64,000 nt of DNA from Methanobacteriota archaeon (GTDB lineage: Archaea; JAADCQ01; Methanopyri; Methanopyrales; Methanopyraceae), in the NCBI GenBank assembly GCA_027064305.1, contig JAMOPY010000001.1, positions 1-64,000 on the forward strand. Reading direction: 5' to 3'. Shown here one piece after another: positions 28,858-39,831 of this stretch. The translations under genes were made by a program, and so were the position numbers. The notes under the pieces were generated by a model. That model was not told the origin of the DNA and did no database searches. It saw only the letters and a list, made by a program, of their open reading frames with translations. Position 1 is the stretch's first letter, and every line of letters begins with the position of its first letter.

Positions 28858-29772
28858 TTGGACAGCCGGGCCACGCTCGCCTGCCTGCTGCTCTCCTACG
28901 GGATCCCGGTGTGCGTGGAGCCCGAGGTGGTGCGGAAGATAAACGAGCTTACGAGAGGGATCGTTCCGACGGTGCTGGACGCGTCCGTGGACCTGGAGCT
29001 CGAGTACGAGGAGAACGTACTGTACACGGACCTGACCGACCTCGTCGCCTTCGATCCGGAGCTGCTGTCGTCGCTGCTGGACGTGCTCATCGTCGTGGAT
29101 GAGGAGGCGTTCACGGAGGAGCTACCGGAGGTGCTGCACGTGCTCGTGGTGTCCTCGAGCCCGGGCCGCGTCAGGTCGAACCCCTCCGTGCCGCTGCTCT
29201 CGTTGGGGAGGCGCCGCGCGTTCTACCTAGGCCGGGGTAACCGGCTGTCGATCCCGTACTCGGAGCTGCGGTATCTGGAGGACGTGGCCGTGTGGGTGAA
29301 CGCGCGCGACGTGCTGTCCGAGGATTACGCCTACAGGCACGACGACACGCTCCTGAGGCTCGCCCTGGACCTGGTGGAGGATCGGCTGAACCTGAGCGTG
29401 TCCGACCTCTCCAGAAGCCTCAGCGTGCCGAGTCACTGGGCGCGCATCCTGATCTTCCTGATCGAGAAGTCCGAGGAGCGCGTGGTGAGGCACCGGGTGT
29501 GGGACTGGATGGAGCCGGTGGATAAGACGCTGTTCTCCGTGAAGGAGTCCGTGGACGAGTCGTTCGTGATGACCGTGACCGACGAGCTGGGGGTGCGGTT
29601 CCAGGCGTGGGCCTACTCGCTGTATCAGGAGCTGAGTTCCGGCTACCTAACGTGGAAGGAGCTGTGCAGGAGGACGGGGCTGGGGCGGGGGGAGCTGGTC
29701 AAGGTACTGTCCCTGCTGAGCCGGTTCAACGCGCTAACGTACAAGTTCCGGTACACGCCCCCGTCCATCTAA
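28858..29772 (+). CDS. Hypothetical protein with probable winged-helix repeats
   Basis: 304-aa ORF with HTH-like segments LSVSDLSRSLSVP and LTWKELCRRTGLG. Confidence 0.6.
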   Translation: MDSRATLACLLLSYGIPVCVEPEVVRKINELTRGIVPTVLDASVDLELEYEENVLYTDLTDLVAFDPELLSSLLDVLIVVDEEAFTEELPEVLHVLVVSSSPGRVRSNPSVPLLSLGRRRAFYLGRGNRLSIPYSELRYLEDVAVWVNARDVLSEDYAYRHDDTLLRLALDLVEDRLNLSVSDLSRSLSVPSHWARILIFLIEKSEERVVRHRVWDWMEPVDKTLFSVKESVDESFVMTVTDELGVRFQAWAYSLYQELSSGYLTWKELCRRTGLGRGELVKVLSLLSRFNALTYKFRYTPPSI

Positions 29773-29794
29773 CCGACGCTGGGGGGTTTCCAGG

Positions 29795-30217
29795 GTGGCG
29801 TGGACCGTGATCGTTAGGGTCCAACCGGAGGGCTCCCCGGCCGCCGCGCCGGGGCTGTACGTGCTGGGACTCGCGTCGCATCACCACGCGCTGCCCGTGA
29901 CCCTGGCCGTGTCGGTGGCCGTCATCGGCGTCCTCTCCGCGTACAACGCGTACCGGGCCGCCTCCGCGGGAGATCGACCCCGGATGTTGCTCAACCTGGG
30001 CCTGGTCGTGAACGTGGTTGGGATGATGGTGGTCGGTTTCTCCGCGTACCGGTGGGGACGGTTGGTCCCCGTCACCCCGGGTCACGCTCACGAGGTTACG
30101 GTACCCTTGGGCCTGGGGACGGCGTGTTACCTCGCCTGGCTCGCGCTCTTCCTGCTGGGGAACGCGCTGGTGATCGTTGGGGTCGTGCTGCTGACGCGCC
30201 GGCGGTTACGGTTGTGA
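29795..30217 (+). CDS. Hypothetical membrane protein
   Basis: Three hydrophobic helices and a basic tail. Confidence 0.6.
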   Translation: MAWTVIVRVQPEGSPAAAPGLYVLGLASHHHALPVTLAVSVAVIGVLSAYNAYRAASAGDRPRMLLNLGLVVNVVGMMVVGFSAYRWGRLVPVTPGHAHEVTVPLGLGTACYLAWLALFLLGNALVIVGVVLLTRRRLRL

Positions 30218-30230
30218 GGGGGGCGGGCCG

Positions 30231-30989
30231 GTGGGCTCCGGTAAGGTGTACTTCGTGGGCGCGGGGCCCGGCGACCCGGAGCTGATGACGCTCAAGGGGC
30301 TGCGCGTGCTCCGTCGGGCGGACCTGGTGATCTACCCGGGCTCGCTGACGCCGGAGGAGACCGTGCGGGAGTGGGCGCCGGACGCGGAGCTGGTGGACAG
30401 CTACGGTCGCTCGCTCGAGGAGCTAGTTGAGCTGATGGTGGAGGGGGCTCGGGAGGGTGGGACCGTCGTGCGGTTGGTCTCCGGGGACCCGTTCATCTAC
30501 AGCTCCCTGTGCGAGCAGGCGCGGGAGCTGCGGCGGCGCGGGGTGGAGTACGAGGTCGTGCCCGGGGTGAGCTCCGTGAACGCCGCGGCGGCCGCGCTGG
30601 GGGAGGAGCTGACCAAGCCCGGGGTCAGCCAGACGGTCATCCTGACCCGGCCCGCGGGCCGGACGGGGAAGCCGGAGGGGGAGTCCCTGAGGGAGCTCGC
30701 CCGGCACGGCTGCACGATGGTGATCTTCCTGGGAGTGCAGAGGCTGAAGCGGGTCGTGAGGGCGCTCCTGGAGGGTGGGTACTCGGAGGATACGCCGGTG
30801 GCCGTCGTGTACAAGGCGTCCATGCCGGAGGAGAAGGTGGTTCGGGGCACGCTGGGTGATATCACGGAGAAGGTCCGAAGGGCGGGGATCGATCGGACGG
30901 CGCTGATCATCGTGGGGGACGTGCTCCGGGAGGAGGGGGAGCGCTCGTACCTGTACTCCAAGGAGTACGCGAGGAGCGTGAGAGGATGA
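30231..30989 (+). CDS. cbiF: Cobalt-precorrin-4 C11-methyltransferase
   Basis: GAGPGDPELMTLKG, SGDPFIY, PGVSS, SQTVILTR. Confidence 0.92.
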   Translation: MGSGKVYFVGAGPGDPELMTLKGLRVLRRADLVIYPGSLTPEETVREWAPDAELVDSYGRSLEELVELMVEGAREGGTVVRLVSGDPFIYSSLCEQARELRRRGVEYEVVPGVSSVNAAAAALGEELTKPGVSQTVILTRPAGRTGKPEGESLRELARHGCTMVIFLGVQRLKRVVRALLEGGYSEDTPVAVVYKASMPEEKVVRGTLGDITEKVRRAGIDRTALIIVGDVLREEGERSYLYSKEYARSVRG

Positions 30990-31672
30990 GGGTGGGGTTC
31001 TCGCCCAAGCGGCGCCTGGAGTGGGTCGTCGTCTACGACTTCCGCGGGCTCGAGGTCACGGACCGGGTGGTGGAGTTCTTCCGACTGCTTGGCGCGGACG
31101 TGAGCGTGCGGGACGAGTTCGGGTTTGAGGGGAGCGCGGACGCGGTCGTGTACGTTTCCTCCCCGGGGATCGCGGTGAGGGCGCTGAGGCTGAGGAAGAA
31201 GGGGGAGGATCCGGTGGTTCTCCTGGTAACCCCGGAGGCCGAGGTGATCTGCCTGTCCGGTCATCACTGGGGAGGTGAGGAGGTGGCGCGGGCCCTGGCG
31301 GGATGGTTAGGGGGTTCGGTGGGCGGTTCGACGGTGGCGGAGGCGGAGGGTCGGCCCCCGGTGGAGGACGTGCTGGACGTGTTGGGCATCGATCCGCGCG
31401 AGTACCGGGAGCGGATGGTGGAGCTGGTGCGGGCGCTGGAGCGGGGCGGCGTGTGGGTGGAGGACCCCCCTCACCCGGGCGTGCTTCGGTACCTGAAGGA
31501 GCTTGGGGTGAAGGCCGGGAGCCGGGAAGAGGCCGGTCTCGTGGTGTCGGTCTCGGAGGGAAGGGTACGGGTGCGGGGGTGTGAGCGTGGGGAAGGTGTA
31601 CGTGGTGGGGATCGGTCCGGGCGATCCGGAGCTGATGACGGTGAGGGCGAGGAGGGTACTGAGGAGCGTTGA
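30986..31672 (+). CDS. cbiG: CbiG N-terminal-like cobalt-precorrin-5A hydrolase protein
   Basis: GIAVR...DPVVL...ICLSGHHWGG motif; lies between cbiF and cbiH; true C-terminus uncertain. Confidence 0.7.
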   Translation: MRVGFSPKRRLEWVVVYDFRGLEVTDRVVEFFRLLGADVSVRDEFGFEGSADAVVYVSSPGIAVRALRLRKKGEDPVVLLVTPEAEVICLSGHHWGGEEVARALAGWLGGSVGGSTVAEAEGRPPVEDVLDVLGIDPREYRERMVELVRALERGGVWVEDPPHPGVLRYLKELGVKAGSREEAGLVVSVSEGRVRVRGCERGEGVRGGDRSGRSGADDGEGEEGTEER

Positions 31673-32348
31673 CGTGGTGATCGGGTACCGGTCGTACGTG
31701 CGCCACGCGCGCGAGGTGATCCCGGACGGCGTGGAGGTGCGGGAGTACGGGATGCGGGAGGAGAGGAAGCGGGCCAGGGAGGCGGTGCGGCTGGCGGCCG
31801 AGGGTCGGAGGGTGGCGGTGGTCAGCGGTGGGGATCCGGGGGTGTACGGGATGGCCGGTCTGGTGCTCTCGATGGCGGAGGGGGAGGGTGTGGAGGTGGA
31901 GGTGGTGCCCGGGGTCACGGCCGCCTGCGCGGCGGCGGCCCTGCTGGGCGCCCCGCTCATGCTGGACTTCGCGGTCGTGAGCCTCAGCGATCACCTGGTC
32001 CCGTTGGATGAGATCCTGGAGCGGGCTCGGGCGGCGCTGGAGTCGGACTTCGTGCTGGTCGTGTATAACCCGAGCAGCTCGGAGCGTCGGCACGCGTTCC
32101 GGGCGTTTCTGGACGTGCTGGAGGAGTCGGTGGAGCCGGAGCGGCCGGTTGGGGTCGTGTGGGACGCGTACCGGAGCCGGCAGCGGGTGGTGGTGACGCG
32201 GGCGGGTGAGCTGCGCTCGCTGGAGGATCAAATCAACATGCGCTCGATACTGATCGTCGGGAGCTCAAGGACAAAGGTGGTAGGGGAGAAGATGATCACG
32301 GAGCGGGGCTACTCCTCCCGGCGCACCGGGCGGAACTCGAGGGAGTAG
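31581..32348 (+). CDS. cbiH: Cobalt-precorrin-3B C17-methyltransferase
   Basis: GIGPG, VSGGDPGVYGMAG, DFAVVSLSD, YNP, MITERGY. Confidence 0.92.
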   Translation: MSVGKVYVVGIGPGDPELMTVRARRVLRSVDVVIGYRSYVRHAREVIPDGVEVREYGMREERKRAREAVRLAAEGRRVAVVSGGDPGVYGMAGLVLSMAEGEGVEVEVVPGVTAACAAAALLGAPLMLDFAVVSLSDHLVPLDEILERARAALESDFVLVVYNPSSSERRHAFRAFLDVLEESVEPERPVGVVWDAYRSRQRVVVTRAGELRSLEDQINMRSILIVGSSRTKVVGEKMITERGYSSRRTGRNSRE

Positions 32349-32716
32349 TAGATCACGCCGTCCTCCCCGTCCTCGCTGACGCGTCGGAAGGTGGCCTCGA
32401 CGGGCGTACCGATGTCGATCTCGCCGGGGTCGCAGTCCACGATCATCCCGGTGACTAGCGGGCCCTCCTCCAGCTTGACGATGGCGACCACGTAGGGCGC
32501 CTTCTCCTCGAAGCCTTCCGGTGGCACCCGGACCACCGAGTACGTGTAGATCTCGCCGCGCCCGGAGAGCTCGACCTCCTTCATCTCCCCCTCTCGGCGG
32601 CACTTGGGGCAGACGACGCGGGGTGGGAAGTAGACCTCACCGCAGTTCTCGCACCGGGTGCCCACGAGTCGGTACCGGTTGTCGATGCTCCGCCAGAAGC
32701 GCGGTACGCCTCCCAC
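32309..32716 (-). CDS. DUF35 Zn-ribbon/OB-fold scaffold of the thiolase/HMG-CoA synthase complex
   Basis: CENCG..YFPPRVVCPKC plus OB fold; adjacent to thiolase. Confidence 0.9.
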   Translation of the reverse strand: MGGVPRFWRSIDNRYRLVGTRCENCGEVYFPPRVVCPKCRREGEMKEVELSGRGEIYTYSVVRVPPEGFEEKAPYVVAIVKLEEGPLVTGMIVDCDPGEIDIGTPVEATFRRVSEDGEDGVIYYSLEFRPVRREE

Positions 32717-32719
32717 GGG

Positions 32720-33910
<1,191 letters not shown>

Positions 33911-34972
33911 TCAGAACTTGAGCTTGCGCTTCATCTTGGCGTACTCTCCGTAGGTCACGTACACGCGGTCCCGTAGGTACTCCTCCAGCAGCGGGGCCCG
34001 CTCTCGTACCTCCTCGATGCGATCGGTCACGACGAAGCTGAACGCGTCGCTGCCGGCGCCCGAGCCGTAGGAGACGAGCAGGATGCGGTCGCCGGGCTCG
34101 GCCTGGTCCAGGACCCGAACGAAGCCGAGCAGGGAGGAGCCGGAGTAGGTGTTGCCGATTCTGTCAACGACGATGGAGGGCTCGATCTGCTCGGGCTTGA
34201 ACCCGAGCTTCTGGCCGACGCGTCGGGGGAACTTCCCGTTGGGCTGGTGGAAGACGGCGTAGTCGAAGTCCTCGGGGGAGAGGTCCAGCTCCTCCATCAG
34301 GCCCCGGGCCGCGTTGATGATGTGCTTGAAGTAGGCCGGGGCGCCGGTGAACCGACCCCCGTGCCGCGGGTAGGGCTGTCCCTCGCGGCGCCAGAAGTCG
34401 GGCGTGTCGGTCGTGTAGGAGTATGTGCCCTCGAGCTCGGCCACCAGGTTGTCGCGGCCGATGATGAAGGCGGCCCCGCCCGCGGCGGCCGTGTACTCGA
34501 GCGGGTCGCCCGGGGCTCCCTGGGCCGTGTCCGCGCCGATGGCGAGCCCGTAGTCGATCATGCCGGCGACGACGAGACCCGTGCAGGTCTGGATCGCCGT
34601 GGTGCCGGCCTTGCACGCGAACTCGTAGTCGGCGGCGGTGAGGTCCGGGGTGGCGCCGATCGCGGCCGCCACGATCGTGGCGGTGGGCTTGACGGCGTAG
34701 GGTGGCGACTCGGAGCCCACGAAGATCGCGCCGATGTCGGAGGGGTCGATTCCGGCCCGGGAGAGGGCGTTCCTGGCGGCCTCCACGGCGATGGTGGCGG
34801 AGTCCTCGGTCTCGGACGGGACGCTCTTCTCCTCGATCCTCAGGCTGGACTTGATGGCCTCCGGATCCTCGCCCCAGACCGAGGCGATCTCCTCCACCTT
34901 GATCCGGTACCGGGGTACGTAGGCCCCGTACCCGACGATCCCGGCCCGTCCGTCCGGGATCAAGCGCGACAC
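33911..34972 (-). CDS. Hydroxymethylglutaryl-CoA synthase
   Basis: [41 protein letters not shown]. Confidence 0.94.
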   Translation of the reverse strand: MSRLIPDGRAGIVGYGAYVPRYRIKVEEIASVWGEDPEAIKSSLRIEEKSVPSETEDSATIAVEAARNALSRAGIDPSDIGAIFVGSESPPYAVKPTATIVAAAIGATPDLTAADYEFACKAGTTAIQTCTGLVVAGMIDYGLAIGADTAQGAPGDPLEYTAAAGGAAFIIGRDNLVAELEGTYSYTTDTPDFWRREGQPYPRHGGRFTGAPAYFKHIINAARGLMEELDLSPEDFDYAVFHQPNGKFPRRVGQKLGFKPEQIEPSIVVDRIGNTYSGSSLLGFVRVLDQAEPGDRILLVSYGSGAGSDAFSFVVTDRIEEVRERAPLLEEYLRDRVYVTYGEYAKMKRKLKF

Positions 34973-34981
34973 CCCTCCGGG

Positions 34982-35689
34982 TCAGCGCGCTTCGGTGAGC
35001 TCCCTAAGCTTTTTTGATATTTCCGAAATAGGGCCCTGAGCGGTGGCCAGGTTGATCATTTCGCGCTCCGCGATCTCGATCCCCAGCTCGTCCACGTCCT
35101 CCTTGTCGATCCCGTGCAGCACGACCGCGCTGGGCTTGATCCCGGCCGCCTTAATGGCCACCATCGGCGAGCGCCCGCGATCGATCCGGGTGAAAACGAG
35201 CACCCGGCTCGGGCACTCCCCGTACACCCGTAGGAGCGAGCCCGCGGGCACCTCCAGGATGGTTTTCACGCTGTCAATGATCGTGTACCCGAACACGTCC
35301 ACGTCCCCGTGGTGCACCACCGGCTCGGCCCCGATCCGATCGTAAACCTCCGTCAGCTTCCTCGGGTAGGGGAACTCCCCGATCCCCACCAGGGTGGAGA
35401 GGACCTCCTCGGACAGCAGCGCGCTCTCCAGCGCGGAGAGGACCTGACCGCCCCGCTCCTCGTCGATCTTGATCAGCGCCTCCACGAACTTCCGAACGGT
35501 GTCCACCCGGGGTGAGCGCGTCTTACCCGTTTCGTACTCGCTGATAACCGAGGGGGAGACGCCCATCTTCCTCGCGACCTCGACCTGCGACGCGTGGAAG
35601 ATTTTACGCCACTTCCTCATGACCTCCCCGGGGCGCTCGGAGGCGGCGATGTCTCCCACGATCCGCTTCAACACCAGCTCCTTCGGCAA
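34982..35689 (-). CDS. XRE-type HTH transcriptional regulator (archaeal family often next to HMGCS)
   Basis: MRKWRKIF..SQ.E.A..MGVSPSVISEYE, GRSPMVAIK; TTG start with GGAGGTG SD. Confidence 0.85.
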   Translation of the reverse strand: MPKELVLKRIVGDIAASERPGEVMRKWRKIFHASQVEVARKMGVSPSVISEYETGKTRSPRVDTVRKFVEALIKIDEERGGQVLSALESALLSEEVLSTLVGIGEFPYPRKLTEVYDRIGAEPVVHHGDVDVFGYTIIDSVKTILEVPAGSLLRVYGECPSRVLVFTRIDRGRSPMVAIKAAGIKPSAVVLHGIDKEDVDELGIEIAEREMINLATAQGPISEISKKLRELTEAR

Positions 35690-35716
35690 GCGGAGCACCT
35701 CCCTGGGTGATCGGGG

Positions 35717-37393
35717 ATGCTCGACGGAGGACTCACGAGCCTGCTATTATTGCTCATGATACTGAGACGCCGGCGCGGGAAGGGTAGGCGGGAGTGGAAG
35801 GTGAGCGTCGTCATCCCGGCGTACAACGAGGAGAAGACCGTGGGTCGGGTCGTTCGGGCCGCCCGCAGAGTCCCGGTCGTGGACGAGGTGATCGTGGTCG
35901 ACGACGGCAGCGAGGACCGCACGGCCGAGCGGGCCCGGGAGGCTGGGGCCCGGGTCGTCTCCCACCCGGAGAACCGGGGCAAGGGGGAGGCGATGAGAAC
36001 GGGGCTCGAGCACTCCAACGGCGACGTGATCGCCTTCGTCGACGCGGACATCGAGAACATCCGGCCTGAGATGATCGAAAAGATGATTCGTCCCGTCCTG
36101 CGGGGCGAGGCGGACCTAGTCAAGACCAAGTTCCGGCGCAAGGCCGGCCGCGTGACCCTACTCACCGCCAAGCCGCTGCTGCGGTTCTTCTTCCCCGAGG
36201 TCTCCGAGCTGGAGCAGCCGCTGAGCGGTCAGATCTGCGCGAAGCGGGAGCTCCTGGAGCGCGTCGAGTTCGAGCCCGACTACGGCGTGGACATCGGGAT
36301 CATCCTCGACGCCGTCGCGCTCGGGGCCCGGATTAAGGAGGTGGACATCGGGGAGATCAAGCACGAGATGCAGCCCCTGGAGCGTCTCCACCGGATGGCC
36401 CTCCAGGTCGTCCGCACGATCCTGGACCGGGCGCACCGGTACGGGCGCATCGTCCTGCGGTGGAACGTGGGTAAGGCGCTGAACCGGGTCAACCTCGGCC
36501 TCTCCCTGGTCGCCCTGGGCCTCGCCGCGCTGTTCTACACGAACCTCCCGCTCCCCCTGGTCCTGTCGCTGGTGATCCTGGGTCTGGGCGTGGCGTTCGC
36601 CTCGCTCGTCGACTTGGTTCGGGAGCTGCTGAGGATCCAGCGGCGCCGGCGCACGCTGCGCCCCTTCCTTTACATGCACGCCTCCGTGATCATGTCCCTC
36701 TCCGTGGTCGCCGTGCTCGTTGGCGCCATGCTCTCCTCCATCCAGGTCACCGGGAGCAAGGTCGAGGTGAACCCGCTGCCGCGCAAGGTGATCTGGGGGC
36801 ACCGGGAGGTTAAGACCGAGGGCCCGTACCTCGTCCGGTACGGAGGGGGCGGTGACATTCTGCTGGGGGACAACGTGCTGCACGTCCTGAACCTGGAGCC
36901 CGGGGATCGGGTCATCTACCAGCGCTCCGAGTTCACCGTCAAGCGCGCCCCCAGGGATAACCTGGTCATCATTCCGCAGAGCCTGGCAAGGCAGCTAGGC
37001 CTCAAGCAGGGGAAGGCCACGGACTCGGAGCTCCGGCTGGCGTTCCGCAACCTGACCGTGAACCGGGAGCTGAAGGGTCAGGACGTTACGGTGAGGGTCT
37101 CCGCGGTGCTCTCCGCCACCGCGAACCCGGCCAAGGCCCTGGTGGTGAGCGTTGACGGGCGCCCCGAGGTCCGAATCCCCGTGGCCCCCCGAAACGGCCG
37201 GGTGTACGTGTACGTGTCCGGGTACGGGCTCATCCGGCTGGAGCGGGAGCGCGTCCTGTACCTGTACGGGCACCAGGTCAACCTGAGGCTGGAGGACGCC
37301 GGTACGGAGACGCTGCTGCTGTCGCCCCCGGAGCCCACGCCGCTGGCCATCATCGAGCTCAAAACCCCGTCTCCCCGGGCCGTGGTCGGATGA
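35717..37393 (+). CDS. GT2 glycosyltransferase (GpgS-like) with membrane and C-terminal extension
   Basis: VVIPAYNEE, VVDDGS, FVDAD, GRVT.L.AKPLL, QPLSG, YGVDIG; then 3 TM helices and an extra domain. Confidence 0.85.
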   Translation: MLDGGLTSLLLLLMILRRRRGKGRREWKVSVVIPAYNEEKTVGRVVRAARRVPVVDEVIVVDDGSEDRTAERAREAGARVVSHPENRGKGEAMRTGLEHSNGDVIAFVDADIENIRPEMIEKMIRPVLRGEADLVKTKFRRKAGRVTLLTAKPLLRFFFPEVSELEQPLSGQICAKRELLERVEFEPDYGVDIGIILDAVALGARIKEVDIGEIKHEMQPLERLHRMALQVVRTILDRAHRYGRIVLRWNVGKALNRVNLGLSLVALGLAALFYTNLPLPLVLSLVILGLGVAFASLVDLVRELLRIQRRRRTLRPFLYMHASVIMSLSVVAVLVGAMLSSIQVTGSKVEVNPLPRKVIWGHREVKTEGPYLVRYGGGGDILLGDNVLHVLNLEPGDRVIYQRSEFTVKRAPRDNLVIIPQSLARQLGLKQGKATDSELRLAFRNLTVNRELKGQDVTVRVSAVLSATANPAKALVVSVDGRPEVRIPVAPRNGRVYVYVSGYGLIRLERERVLYLYGHQVNLRLEDAGTETLLLSPPEPTPLAIIELKTPSPRAVVG

Positions 37394-38940
37394 TCCGGGA
37401 GCTGTCCACGCTGTCCCCGGACCCGAGCGCCGGGGCCCGGGTCTGCCTCCTGTACCCGAACGAGTACCGGGGCATGGCCTCAAACCTGGGGTTCCACATC
37501 GTCTGCCGACTGCTGAACGAGGACCCGGAGCTCTCCGTCGAGCGGTCGTACCTGCCCACCGACGCGTACGAGCGGCTGGGTCCCGAGCGCCGGCTCGTTT
37601 CCCTGGAGACCGGCACCGAGCTGTCCCGGTTCGACGTCGTCTGCGTCTCCCTGCAGTTTGAGCTCGACTACCCGCACGTCCTGGAGTCGCTCATCATGGG
37701 CGGGATCCCTCCGCTCCGCCGGGACCGCTCCGAGGGGGACCCGATCGTCATCGCCGGCGGTCCTTGCACCGTGAACCCCCTTCCCATGGAACCCTTCATC
37801 GACGCGTTCTACGTGGGGGAGGCCGAGGCCACGTTCCGGGAGGGCGTGCGCCGGGTCGTGGAGGCGGGGTCCCGGCGCGAGGCGCTCGAGGAGCTGGCCG
37901 ACGTCCCTGGGTTCTACGTGCCGGGTCACTCGGAGGGGACCGAGCGGGTGGGGCCGGACTCGCTGGAGGGGACGGACCCCCCGACCCTCGCGTTCGCCCC
38001 GGAGTCACCCGAGCTGAGCGGGCTCCGGGCGTACCCGGTCGAGCTCAGCCGCGGCTGCCCCTACGCCTGCAGCTTCTGCCTCGGGGGGCACACGGCCGGG
38101 GAGTGGAGGTGCCGCCCGCTGGAGCACGTGGACCGGGTCCTCCGGCACGCCCTGGACTCGCCGTACGATCGCGTGGCGCTGATCTCCGCCTCTCCCGCCG
38201 CCCACCCGGACTTCGAGACGATCGTGGACCGGTGCCTGGAGCTGGGGTTGGAGCTTTCCCTCCCGTCGCTGCGCGTGACCGACCTGGACCCGGACCTGCT
38301 GCCGACCCTCAGGGAGGCGGGCGTCCGCACGCTGACCCTGGCCCCGGAGTCCGGGTCCGAGCGGATCCGGGAGTTCCTGAACAAGCCGATCGACGAGGAT
38401 TATCTACTGGAGCTCGTGGAGACGGCCGGCCGGCTGGGGATGCGCGTGCGCCTGTACCTGATCGTGGGAGTGCCCGGGTTCCCCGTGGAGGAGGACGTGC
38501 TCGAGTCCGCCCGCCTCGTCCGCGCGTGCGCCGAGCGGGCGGAGGTGACCGTCAGCGTCAACCCGCTGATCCCGAAGGCGTTCACGCCGCTCCAGTACCA
38601 CCCGATGCTGCCGGTGCGGGAGATCCGGAGGCGCTATCGGCTGTTCGCCCGCGAGGTGAACGTCCGCGTCTCGACGGAGCGGCCCGAGCTGGCGCGCGCT
38701 CAGTCCCTGCTCTCCAGGGGTGACCGGGACGCGGCCCAGGTGGTGGAGCGGGTGCTCTGGAGGGCCCGCAGCCCGCGGGCGTGGTCGCGGGCGATGCGCT
38801 CCGTGAAGGCCCGGATCGACCCCGAGCGACCACCGAGCGGTCCGGAGGAGGTGCCGTACGATTTCATCCGCGCGGGGCCCGATCACGGAAGGCTGCACGC
38901 CCTGTACTCCCGGCTCGTCGGGCTCAGTGAGCCCCTATGA
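37390..38940 (+). CDS. Radical SAM protein (B12-binding-like N-terminus)
   Basis: YPNEYRGMASNLG, ELSRGCPYACSFC, TLAPESGSERIR, PKAFTPLQ. Confidence 0.88.
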   Translation: MIRELSTLSPDPSAGARVCLLYPNEYRGMASNLGFHIVCRLLNEDPELSVERSYLPTDAYERLGPERRLVSLETGTELSRFDVVCVSLQFELDYPHVLESLIMGGIPPLRRDRSEGDPIVIAGGPCTVNPLPMEPFIDAFYVGEAEATFREGVRRVVEAGSRREALEELADVPGFYVPGHSEGTERVGPDSLEGTDPPTLAFAPESPELSGLRAYPVELSRGCPYACSFCLGGHTAGEWRCRPLEHVDRVLRHALDSPYDRVALISASPAAHPDFETIVDRCLELGLELSLPSLRVTDLDPDLLPTLREAGVRTLTLAPESGSERIREFLNKPIDEDYLLELVETAGRLGMRVRLYLIVGVPGFPVEEDVLESARLVRACAERAEVTVSVNPLIPKAFTPLQYHPMLPVREIRRRYRLFAREVNVRVSTERPELARAQSLLSRGDRDAAQVVERVLWRARSPRAWSRAMRSVKARIDPERPPSGPEEVPYDFIRAGPDHGRLHALYSRLVGLSEPL

Positions 38941-39511
38941 GGTGGGTTACGACGCCCACGATCCCTCCCACCCCGGCCATCTCCAGGCCGCGTAGCAGCA
39001 GCCTGCCCCCTCGGTCCCCGCACAGCCGACCCAGGTACGCCCCGAGCAGGAACAGGGCGACGCCCGAGACGATCACGCACGGCACGGCGCCGGCCCGAGG
39101 GTCCCCGATCGCGATCACGGTCAGGATGGGGATCATCGAGGCCGCGAAGCTGGAGCCCCCGTGGGAGATCACGCTGGTGTAGATCCGGACCCGGGCCAGG
39201 TCGTGCACCCGGGTGCTCTCCAGCTCGCCTCGGTTCAGGATCATGCGGCGCTCCAGCCGCCGGATCTCGCGCAGCTCCTCGATCTTTTCGCCCAGGTAGG
39301 AGCCGAGCCCGTTCGACAGGGCCAGGGCGACGGCCACGCTCAGCCCGGAGGAGACCACGTCGTGCAGCGTGCCGCCCCGAAGGGACGCGCTGAGCACGGC
39401 GCCCAGGCTGGCCAGGAGGCCGTCCATCGAACCCAGCGCCATGTACCGGCCCGTGCTCAGGGCGCCCCGCAGCGCCTCCTTGATCAGGTCGAGGCGCCGC
39501 AAGCCCACCAC
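38924..39511 (-). CDS. VIT1/CCC1-like membrane protein (TIGR00267-like)
   Basis: RY..LGSMDGLL...ALSNGLGSY.GE pattern; paired with DUF211. Confidence 0.75.
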   Translation of the reverse strand: MVGLRRLDLIKEALRGALSTGRYMALGSMDGLLASLGAVLSASLRGGTLHDVVSSGLSVAVALALSNGLGSYLGEKIEELREIRRLERRMILNRGELESTRVHDLARVRIYTSVISHGGSSFAASMIPILTVIAIGDPRAGAVPCVIVSGVALFLLGAYLGRLCGDRGGRLLLRGLEMAGVGGIVGVVTHLIGAH

Positions 39512-39513
39512 CG

Positions 39514-39804
39514 TCAGTCATCCTGCGGGGTCTTAACCTCCTCCACAATTCGGGAGCCGGCCACGACCTCATCGATGCTGTGCACGACGCCGCCCATTTC
39601 CTCGATCACGTCCTTGATCTCCTCGAAGTCCAGGTCCGTGCCCTCCACGGTAACCTTTACGTTCTCCACGTCCCGGTCCACCTCGACCAGCACGATGTTC
39701 ACACCGTCCACGCCCTCCAGCTTGGCGAGCGAGCGGGCCAGCTCCGTCGTGTCCGGCTCGAGCGGCTTCATCACGTCCAACACCAACCGTCGGATCTTGC
39801 TCAA
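39514..39804 (-). CDS. DUF211 family protein
   Basis: IRRLVLDVMKP...GVDGVNI...GGVVHSIDEVVAG. Confidence 0.85.
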   Translation of the reverse strand: MSKIRRLVLDVMKPLEPDTTELARSLAKLEGVDGVNIVLVEVDRDVENVKVTVEGTDLDFEEIKDVIEEMGGVVHSIDEVVAGSRIVEEVKTPQDD

Positions 39805-39831
39805 CCCCCCACCCACCCCGGGGGCCCGTGA

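Noticed and set aside
31570-31672. 92-bp overlap of cbiG with cbiH as a programmed frameshift or fusion
   Set aside because: One extra G in the GGGGG run would give an ordinary GTGA stop/start overlap; a homopolymer error or trivial mutation is simpler
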